NCBI GenBank assembly: GCA_963845535.1
Contig: CAWJSK010000013.1
Location: forward strand, 64,001 to 128,000
Length of the DNA: 64,000 bases
DNA from: an uncultured Spirochaetota bacterium
Lineage (GTDB): Bacteria > Spirochaetota > Spirochaetia > SZUA-6 > Fen-1364
Direction: 5' to 3'
Below the pieces are notes generated by a model. The model was not told the DNA's origin, made no database searches, and saw nothing but the letters and a program-made list of their open reading frames with translations. Positions 28,950 through 36,593 of this stretch are shown in pieces; the stretch's first letter is position 1; the number at the start of each line of letters is the position of its first letter. Position numbers and translations under genes: made by a program.

Positions 28950-29729
28950 GTGAAGACAAAGGAGTTTCTCGAAGAGAGGAGGATCCGCCTCCTCGAGTAC
29001 ATTAACCGAAATAATCGCGCAGGCGTGGCAGAGCTGGCCTCGAAGTTCGACGTGCCGGAAGCCACCATCCGCCGTGACCTGCTCTTCATGGAAAGCCAGA
29101 ACCTCATCTACCGGACACACGGGGGCGCCATCAGGCGGGACCAACCCTCCCTCTGGAAGACAACCAGTCTCCACGAACGCTCCATCCAGCACAAAGACGA
29201 AAAAGAGCGAATTGCTGATCTCGTCGAACAGCTCGTGCATGACGGTGAAAGCATCATGATTGATGCGGGAAGCACCACCCTCTGCGTTGCCAGGAAACTG
29301 GTCAACAAAAAGAACCTGCTCATCCTTACAAACACGTCGACCATCGGTGAAATCCTCGCGGGGATCAACGACAACAAGGTGATCCTCACTGGCGGCGAGC
29401 TGGTCCAGAGAACCGATGCCACCGTAGGTGTGGCCGCGGAGATGTCCCTTAAGCAGTACCGCACCGACAAGGCCATTATTGGCGTTTCGGGGCTGCTGAT
29501 TGACCAGGGGTTTTTCGCGGCCATCCCCGAAGAAGCCGAAATCAAGCGCCTGATGTCGAAGAACGCACGGGAAACGATTGTCGTCACCGACAGCAGCAAG
29601 ATCGGGACGCGCGCTCTCTGCTTCGTCTGCGATTTCTCCTGCATCACCAAGCTGATAACGGACAAGAATATCTCCCCCGTCGCCGTCGAACAGCTCGTAA
29701 AGGCCGGCGTCGAGGTGTTCAGCGCCTAG
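28950..29729 (+). CDS. DeoR/GlpR family regulator
   Basis: ERRIRLL...FDVPEATIRRDL...RTHGGA, IDAGSTT, DSSKIG. Confidence 0.92.
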   Translation: MKTKEFLEERRIRLLEYINRNNRAGVAELASKFDVPEATIRRDLLFMESQNLIYRTHGGAIRRDQPSLWKTTSLHERSIQHKDEKERIADLVEQLVHDGESIMIDAGSTTLCVARKLVNKKNLLILTNTSTIGEILAGINDNKVILTGGELVQRTDATVGVAAEMSLKQYRTDKAIIGVSGLLIDQGFFAAIPEEAEIKRLMSKNARETIVVTDSSKIGTRALCFVCDFSCITKLITDKNISPVAVEQLVKAGVEVFSA

Positions 29730-29740
29730 GCGGTTTCTCT

Positions 29741-29769
29741 TTGCCCGCAAGGGTCTCTTGTGTTAAACT
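29741..29769 (+). promoter_or_regulatory. sigma70-like promoter of the envelope operon
   Basis: TTGCCC(29741)-17bp-TAAACT(29764) with extended TG. GGAGG RBS before 29797. Confidence 0.55.
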
Positions 29770-29796
29770 CTCATAGGTGACGGAAAGGGAGGCTCA

Positions 29797-30249
29797 ATGA
29801 GAACTTGGGGGGCGTGTCTCATTTTCCTGTCCTTGGTCTTAATCCCGCTGGGCGCACAGTCAAACCAGGTCTTGGACCAGCTGCTTGATCAGCCGCAGGC
29901 TCACTTTGGGGACGTGGTGTACTTGACGCTTGCCGCAGCGAAAATTGTCCCTGATACCGCAACGCCTGAAGAGGCCATCCAGTCCCTGCAGCAGCAGGGC
30001 TGGAAAGTTTCCGTGCTGCCCGCTGACAGCCCTGTCAACCTCGGGGATTACTCGTATCTCCTCATGAAGGCATTCAAGGTCGGCGGCGGCATCTTCTACA
30101 GCCTTTTCCCGGGCCCGCGATATGCATGTCGTGAGCTGGGATTTCTCAAAGTCATTCCCGCTGATGCACGACCTCTTCGAACGGTCTCCGGGGAGGAGGC
30201 GGTGCGGATCCTCGGCAACTTGCTTGCCCTCAAGGGAGGAACGCCATGA
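29797..30249 (+). CDS. Exported protein with SLH-like helical repeats
   Basis: Signal peptide. Repeated P..(V/A)xxG(D/E)..hh..h motifs (PQAHFGDVVYL, PVNLGDYSYLL, RTVSGEEAVRIL). Confidence 0.6.
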   Translation: MRTWGACLIFLSLVLIPLGAQSNQVLDQLLDQPQAHFGDVVYLTLAAAKIVPDTATPEEAIQSLQQQGWKVSVLPADSPVNLGDYSYLLMKAFKVGGGIFYSLFPGPRYACRELGFLKVIPADARPLRTVSGEEAVRILGNLLALKGGTP

Positions 30250-31586
30250 CGGCATCACGAGCGCTTGCTGTCATGTTTGCCCTGACCATCGGAGGGACGG
30301 CTGCCCTGAGCGGGCTTGATTTCGATGTCGGCGGTTCAATCGACAACTACAGCTCGCTCCCTGTGACGGTGGGTCCGTCAAGCGCAATCTTCGCCGCGGA
30401 CCAGAGGGACAAGGCAGGGGTATGGGCGGAAATGCACCCCGGGCCCACGGTCTCCATCACGGGGGAGGCGAGCTACAACTTCACTCTGCAGGTGCCGTAC
30501 CTGTTCAACCTCGACTACCTGAACGTTCAATGGCGCGCGCTCCCGTGGCTGAATGCCACGCTGGGAAGGTTCACGTTCGCGGATTTCACCGGCTACGTCC
30601 TGAACCATACGCTGGACGGAGCGATGTTTGAGCAGGATTTCTCCGTTGGTAAGGTCACGGAGGCAGTCGGTTATTCGGGACTGATCCTCAAGCCGGTCTC
30701 GTTGATTCTCATGTCGAGCTCCGACAACGCGGACCAGTCGAACACCTCGGTGTATCTTGCGGCGCCGCGGCTCATTGAGAAGGTCGAGGTGCTTTTTACG
30801 GTTCCGGTGAACATCAACGTGTCTCTTCTCCTCCAGCAGGACCTGCGCCCCAGCAGCCAGCTCATCCCCGTGGGGGAACAATACCAGACGGTCACGGGCT
30901 TCTCCGGAGGATCTTTGAACACCGAATACCTGGGACTGGGAGTTTCCGGAGCGTTTGTTTCTTCCTTCTATTACAACGCATTTCTTTACGGCAGCACGGG
31001 AAGCACTCTGTCGTACCTTCCTGATGGTACTTCTGTCACTGGATTCTCCTACCAATACGCTCCCATCTACGCCCTTCTGGGCGGGTTCGGGCTGAAGTAC
31101 TATATGGAGCAGACCCTGTCCTCCCGCCTCGAGTTTCAGGCAGTCTATTCAAGCGGCAATGGGAACGGCACGTCATACCTGGAGGGGAATACATCGAGCT
31201 ATTCGACGATGTTCGTTCCCATCTCCCAACAGATCATTGGCGTTGCGTTCATGCCCCAGCTCGGAAACCTGGTCATGCTGAACTTGAGCTTCTCCCTCAA
31301 GCCTTTGGGGAAGAGTGACACGGTGTGGAAGAACCTCCAGCTTATGGCGAGGGTTCTCTCCTATTTCCGGCCGACCACGGGTCCCATTTCGCAGCCGGGT
31401 CTGAGCTCCACGTCGAGCGCCCTTTACCTGGGAACCGAGCCAGATATAATCGCGAACTTTCGACCTTATTCGGACTTCGGATTGGTCCTTTCCGGGGGAG
31501 TCTTCCTGCCGGAAGGCGGCGCGTTCACGGGCTCTGCGGCACAGCCGACGATTGGCGGCAGGATCGAGTTTTCCTTGAGCTTCTGA
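30246..31586 (+). CDS. Predicted outer-membrane beta-barrel protein
   Basis: Signal peptide, alternating amphipathic strands rich in aromatic residues, C-terminal BAM-type signature GRIEFSLSF. Confidence 0.72.
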   Translation: MTASRALAVMFALTIGGTAALSGLDFDVGGSIDNYSSLPVTVGPSSAIFAADQRDKAGVWAEMHPGPTVSITGEASYNFTLQVPYLFNLDYLNVQWRALPWLNATLGRFTFADFTGYVLNHTLDGAMFEQDFSVGKVTEAVGYSGLILKPVSLILMSSSDNADQSNTSVYLAAPRLIEKVEVLFTVPVNINVSLLLQQDLRPSSQLIPVGEQYQTVTGFSGGSLNTEYLGLGVSGAFVSSFYYNAFLYGSTGSTLSYLPDGTSVTGFSYQYAPIYALLGGFGLKYYMEQTLSSRLEFQAVYSSGNGNGTSYLEGNTSSYSTMFVPISQQIIGVAFMPQLGNLVMLNLSFSLKPLGKSDTVWKNLQLMARVLSYFRPTTGPISQPGLSSTSSALYLGTEPDIIANFRPYSDFGLVLSGGVFLPEGGAFTGSAAQPTIGGRIEFSLSF

Positions 31587-31615
31587 GGTATTGTTGAATT
31601 ATGGGAGACGTATAT

Positions 31616-32263
31616 ATGAAAGCATTTATCCTTATGGCAACGGCAGCACTTTTGATTTCCCCGGCCGTTTTCTCCCAGTCCCAGGCAACCCTGACGGAGC
31701 TCACCGGCAAAGTGGAGGTGAAGGCTCCCGGGGGAAACTGGACGCCCGCCGCGGTTGGAACCAAGGTGGCCATGGGTGCCTCGATATCTACGGGGTTCAG
31801 CTCCAGTGCGTTGCTCGACTTGGGGACTTCCACACTGAGAGTGGCGCCGCTGACGAGGATGCAGCTCGTGGACCTTGTTGCCCGACAGGGCAGCGTCTCC
31901 ACGTCGCTTTTCCTCAAGGTGGGCAAGGTGCATGCTGAGGTCAAAAAGGTCGAGGGCCTGCGGCAGAGCTTCACGCTCAAGAGCCCGCAAGCCACCGCCG
32001 CCGTGCGCGGAACGGAGTTCGACTTCGACGGGCTCACTGTCAACGTGATAAACGGTGTGGTGCAGTTCTCTAACGCTCTGGGCCAGTATCGCAACGTGCC
32101 CGGAGGGGAGGGGAGCTCGACCAACGGAAATCAGACTCCAACAACGGGGGACCAGCAGCTTGACAATCTGGTCACCGTAACTCCATACACGTCACCCACA
32201 GGCGGCGGGGTGCTCCCCACGAGTCAGACGCAGCCCGCAACTGTGACCGTAACGTGGCAGTAG
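31616..32263 (+). CDS. Exported FecR-domain protein with a T/P-rich tail and C-terminal beta-strand
   Basis: LTELTGKVEV, ISTGFSSSALL, FTLKSPQATAAVRGTEF (FecR signature). Tail ends QPATVTVTWQ. Confidence 0.88.
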   Translation: MKAFILMATAALLISPAVFSQSQATLTELTGKVEVKAPGGNWTPAAVGTKVAMGASISTGFSSSALLDLGTSTLRVAPLTRMQLVDLVARQGSVSTSLFLKVGKVHAEVKKVEGLRQSFTLKSPQATAAVRGTEFDFDGLTVNVINGVVQFSNALGQYRNVPGGEGSSTNGNQTPTTGDQQLDNLVTVTPYTSPTGGGVLPTSQTQPATVTVTWQ

Positions 32264-32276
32264 CCGGGGGAAGGTC

Positions 32277-33465
32277 ATGAAACTGAATAAGGCAATCAGG
32301 CTTTCTTTGGTTTGTGCGGCAGCGGCTGTGTCGATTGTCATCACGGGGTGCTACATGATGCCGGGGGCTGGCAACGGGACCGCGAAGGTCGCCGTGGCCG
32401 TGGGCGCGAAAGGGATCCCGGCGAACCTGACCTCCGTGGCACTGGTTGTGACCGCCCCGGGTATGGCGACAATTTCCACCACCGCTTCCGTGACCGCAGG
32501 CAGCATCACAGTTTCAGTACCCGCAGGGCCTTCCAGGACATTCACCCTGCTCCTGAATGGCCCGTCGGCCACCCTCGAGGGCGTGGCAACGGTTGACCTG
32601 CAGCCCGGGGAAACCACGACAGTCAACGTCACCCCGACGCTCGGGGCAACGCAGATAGTTGTTCCGGACTATAGCGCTGGTCGGGTGGTTCAGATTAGCG
32701 ACATGACCGGCACGGGATGGACTATGCTGTCGAACACAGACGCCGTTTCCCGCATGCGTGGCTTTCGACAGTCTTGGTCGACTCTATGTGGCGAGCGTGC
32801 TTTATCATTTCCAGATGAACGACATCTCGGGCACTAGTGCACTACGCTGGCACCTCATCCAGGGCCCCCAATTGCGTCAATGGCCATGGATCTGACCCGC
32901 GGTTTGTTATATTTCATCGACAGTACTTACCTCTATGGCGTGCAGGTCACTCCTACTTTGGGCGCGCAGCAGTCAGTTCTTCTCTCCACAATTTTCGGCG
33001 GCACCACTTCTCCTTCCGGTATCGCAGTGGATTCCGATGGGTTTCTTTATATCACCAATACCTCCCTGACACCTTCAATTGCAAAGGTCAACGCCAGCAC
33101 ATTCTTGAGTCCAAAGGTCGTCGCAAGTTAGGCAGCACTCTCGCACAAACTACTTTTGGGACGTTCTCGTGAAAGACAACGATGTTTACGTCACCGACTT
33201 CACGGCCAAGAAGATTCTTCGTTTCACGAAAAACCTTGCGCCCGTAGATTCCTTCCCTGGTCCGACATCGGACCTGATTTCTGGGACCTGAAAGGTTTGT
33301 CGCCATCCTGAACAAACCGATCACTGTCATTGATGAATCGGGTACCTTTCCCTTTCAAGTCAGGCTTGTCTCTTTCAACGACATTACCGGAGCGGGCTGG
33401 ACTACGTATGGAAGCTATGGGACTTCGACGCCAGTCCGGGCCAGTTCCAGTTCTATATTTCGTAG
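32277..33465 (+). pseudogene. Lipoprotein paralog A (beta-sandwich + NHL-like propeller), broken by several frameshifts and a stop after ~32740
   Basis: Lipobox VITGC. N-terminal ~150 aa closely match 35382-36575. Homologous pieces VAFDSLGRLYVA, GIAVDSDGFLYIT, VKDNDVYVTD, RLVSFNDITGAGWTTYG and PGQFQFYIS* lie in different frames. Confidence 0.8.
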
Positions 33466-33485
33466 ACAATGGGCACGGCGGACTG

Positions 33486-35300
33486 ATGGCGGATGAGCGG
33501 TACATAGCCGCGCACGTAGAAGCGCACCCCGCGGACAGAGGGCGTGTGCTCGTCTCCAATCGAAGCACTGGCCGTCCCGACGTTTTGTCGGATCAATTGT
33601 TCGGAATCCTCAGACGCGCGGACAGATTTGATTCACTCGCCGGCCATGCAAAAAGGATCTTCGCCTCGGGGTGGGAGGACGACGGAACCGGATTCGTCGA
33701 AGCCGCTTTCCGTGAACTTGCTGCTCGCGGGCTCCTTGTCTCGGAAAGCGCATTCAGAGCGTCCGTGCTGGAAAAAGCCGTCAGCCAGGAGGCGCCGCCG
33801 CCTGTCAGCTCCGTAAGCGTGCCGACGCGTGACCGGGTTCCCCAACTCCAACGATGCCTAGGAAGCTGGATCCAGAACAACGAGAAGTATGATCGTCATC
33901 CTTCGTATATCATCCTCGACGGTTCACGGGACGAGAATCAACTCAAGATTCGAGACATGCTCAAGCCTTTTGCCGCAAAGGGAGCGCGGACTCTTTACGC
34001 TGGGAAAAAGGAAAAGACACATTTTATAGAAGAACTTGTCCGAACGGCAAAGGGTGACGGGCTCCCGGAAGAGGCTGTCGCTTTTGCTCTGTTCGGAGAT
34101 GAAGCATTCGTGCACACCTTCGGAGTCAATCGGAACGCCTGCCTTCTTGCCACTCCGGGCGAGCTGTCTTTGATGACGGATGACGATATCGTGTGCCAGC
34201 CTGCAATGCCTGAAGAACCGACTCCGGCGCTTTTTCTCAGCTCACTCATGGATCCACTCGTCAACAATTTCTATGCCGACCGAAAGCAACTAACGGAATC
34301 TGTGCGGACCACCGAGGTCGATGTTCTTTCCTGCCACGAAAAACTGCTCGGCCGCACCATTGGCGGATGCCTGTCGGCTTTGGGTCCTGATTCAGCTCTG
34401 GACGTCAAGAGCGTTGCACCTGCCTCCGCGTGCGTTTTCGCAAGGGGATCAAATGTCGTCAAGGTCACCACCGCGGGATCATGGGGGGATTCGGGAATGG
34501 AGTCACCCCATATGTTCCTGGAACTGAATGACGAATCGCGTGACCTTCTTCTGCGCTCGGAACATCTGTATGCCAGGGCCAAGGTGAGCAGAGAAGTCCT
34601 GCGGCAAATTTCCGGTTATACCATCAGCGTGGTCGCCAGGTTCGCGGGCATGAACATCGGGATCGACAATCGCTCGCTTCTGCCCCCGTTCCTCCCCGTC
34701 GGCAGGAATGAAGACGGAACTTTCGCCATGAACCTGCACCTTTGCGTTGACGACGCGCTTGTCGGACATATTCCTGTCGCCGTGCTGCACTCGCCTTCGG
34801 ACTTGCGCAGGTATGAGCCCGGTCCTATCCCTAATCCCGCTCCAAGGTTTGCTGAAATCGTTTCAACAATCGCAAGCAGCTTTCGTCCTTCCCCGGGGCG
34901 CTCGAGCGTCTCCGAGAAGCTTTCCGCCCTCGCCAGGCTGTATGTCGACATCGGATCGATGAACGCAGCCGATTTCCGGGGGCATATCGAAGCATTGTGG
35001 GTTTCTGAATCCAGCCGCTATATCAACTTTCTTGAATATCTTCTTGATGTGCACCATGGCCAACCGGACTACTGGGCTGAGGACGTGCAATCATTCATTG
35101 AAAGGCTTACTGATTTCACCGTGCAACAGTCCGCTGCAATACCACGCGAGCTTCCGGAAAGCCAATCCACGGAGCAGAAAATCGAAACCAGTCGGAGCGT
35201 CGTGCGCAGGTTCGGTCAACTGCTTCAGTGGTGGCCGGTGATATACGACGCTGCGGGCAAGCTTCGCGAGGCGGGCATTCGGCTGGCAAAGCCCATATAG
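33486..35300 (+). CDS. GT-A (GT2-like) glycosyltransferase-fold protein with an N-terminal RRE/PqqD-like winged-helix segment
   Basis: VSVPTRDRVPQLQRCL, IILDGS, GVNRN, MTDDD (DxD), GRNEDG. The ORF track's 33330 start overlaps the upstream gene, so ATG 33486 is preferred. Confidence 0.65.
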   Translation: MADERYIAAHVEAHPADRGRVLVSNRSTGRPDVLSDQLFGILRRADRFDSLAGHAKRIFASGWEDDGTGFVEAAFRELAARGLLVSESAFRASVLEKAVSQEAPPPVSSVSVPTRDRVPQLQRCLGSWIQNNEKYDRHPSYIILDGSRDENQLKIRDMLKPFAAKGARTLYAGKKEKTHFIEELVRTAKGDGLPEEAVAFALFGDEAFVHTFGVNRNACLLATPGELSLMTDDDIVCQPAMPEEPTPALFLSSLMDPLVNNFYADRKQLTESVRTTEVDVLSCHEKLLGRTIGGCLSALGPDSALDVKSVAPASACVFARGSNVVKVTTAGSWGDSGMESPHMFLELNDESRDLLLRSEHLYARAKVSREVLRQISGYTISVVARFAGMNIGIDNRSLLPPFLPVGRNEDGTFAMNLHLCVDDALVGHIPVAVLHSPSDLRRYEPGPIPNPAPRFAEIVSTIASSFRPSPGRSSVSEKLSALARLYVDIGSMNAADFRGHIEALWVSESSRYINFLEYLLDVHHGQPDYWAEDVQSFIERLTDFTVQQSAAIPRELPESQSTEQKIETSRSVVRRFGQLLQWWPVIYDAAGKLREAGIRLAKPI

Positions 35301-35381
35301 CCCTTGGACCACAGCGCCGTTTTTTCCGGAAGGCGGCCTGATTCGAAAATGGAAGCAATCCTGGGCTCGCAGAAAGGGACG

Positions 35382-36575
35382 ATGATGAAGAGACCCGCGA
35401 GGCTGTCACTCGCCGTTGTGCTAACTGCAATGCTCATTGCCTTTACGGGGTGCTACCTCATGCCCGGTTCCGGCAACGGAAAGGCGAAGGTTTCCATTGG
35501 CGTGAAAGGCCTCCCTCCGAACCTCGCTTCGGTGGTGTTGGTAGTGACGGCCCCCGGGATGGCGCCCATCACGACGACGGCATCGATCAACGCAGGCAGC
35601 ATTACCGTTTCCGTCCCCGCCGGTCCGGCCCGGACCTTCACGCTGCTTCTCAATAGCGCCTCTGCCACACTTCAAGGGTCAGCGACGGTCGACCTTCAGG
35701 CCGGACAGACTACTTCGATCAACCTTACGCCGACGCTCGGGGCAACGCAGATCGTGATCCCTGACAACCTCAACAATCGCATTGTTCAAATCAGCGATAT
35801 GAATGGCAGCGGATGGGTGGCGAAGATAGGGGACGATTTCGGTCTTGCGGGCCAGTTGCTGCAGCCATACGCCGTCGATTTCGACAGCACGGGGAGGATC
35901 TATATTGCGAATGGCTCCGGCGCAGGGGGAGGGTTGCTCCGGATAAATGACATCAATCATACAAATCCCTTTGATCTCGTGGACAGCACGACGGGCATAA
36001 CAATGGTAGCGGTCGACCGGAAAAATGGGCGCGTTTACTACTCGATCGGGGACATCAACCTCCCTTGGAAAAGCACTGACCTGCTCAACTCCGGGTCGTT
36101 CGTTCTTACGCAGGATGAGCCGGCCGCGACCGGCATGGCAGCCATTGCCGCGGACGATCAAGGGATGCTCTATATCGTGGACTACGAATCAACGAGTTAT
36201 AAGATTCTGAAGTACAACCCAAGCCTGTCTTCAGGTCGCGTGGTCGCCGCCTCGGGCCCGGGTTTGTCTCTCGTGACGCCGAGGGGCATCATGGTGAAAG
36301 GCCCGTACGTCTATGTTTGCGACATCGGGTCCCTCAGCGTCTCACGTCTGGACAAGAACCTGCAGTATATCGACTCGTTTCAGGGACCTCCCACGGATCC
36401 GTTTGTTGGGCCAACTGCGTTCCTGGCGGTTCTCGACAAGAGCATCACGGTCATGGACGATGTCTTCCTCACCAAGAGGTTGGCATCGTTCGACAACATT
36501 ACGGGAAGCGGATGGCTGACGTTCGGTTCCGTCGGCACAGGCCAGGGACAGTTCAAGTTCTTCAATGGGGGCTGA
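35382..36575 (+). CDS. Lipoprotein paralog B (beta-sandwich + NHL-like beta-propeller)
   Basis: Lipobox AFTGC. NHL-type blades PYAVDFDSTGRIYIAN, AIAADDQGMLYIVD, PRGIMVKGPYVYVCD, GTGQGQF. Confidence 0.82.
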   Translation: MMKRPARLSLAVVLTAMLIAFTGCYLMPGSGNGKAKVSIGVKGLPPNLASVVLVVTAPGMAPITTTASINAGSITVSVPAGPARTFTLLLNSASATLQGSATVDLQAGQTTSINLTPTLGATQIVIPDNLNNRIVQISDMNGSGWVAKIGDDFGLAGQLLQPYAVDFDSTGRIYIANGSGAGGGLLRINDINHTNPFDLVDSTTGITMVAVDRKNGRVYYSIGDINLPWKSTDLLNSGSFVLTQDEPAATGMAAIAADDQGMLYIVDYESTSYKILKYNPSLSSGRVVAASGPGLSLVTPRGIMVKGPYVYVCDIGSLSVSRLDKNLQYIDSFQGPPTDPFVGPTAFLAVLDKSITVMDDVFLTKRLASFDNITGSGWLTFGSVGTGQGQFKFFNGG

Positions 36576-36593
36576 CGGTTTGCAGCCTTGGGT

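Noticed and set aside
33330..33485. N-terminal 52 aa of the 656-aa ORF in the track
   Set aside because: It overlaps the 3' end of lipoprotein A in another frame. ATG 33486 follows that gene's stop and is the likelier start.
32277..36575. Diversity-generating retroelement (TR/VR pair)
   Set aside because: No reverse transcriptase in the window, and differences between the copies are not adenine-specific. This is ordinary paralogy.
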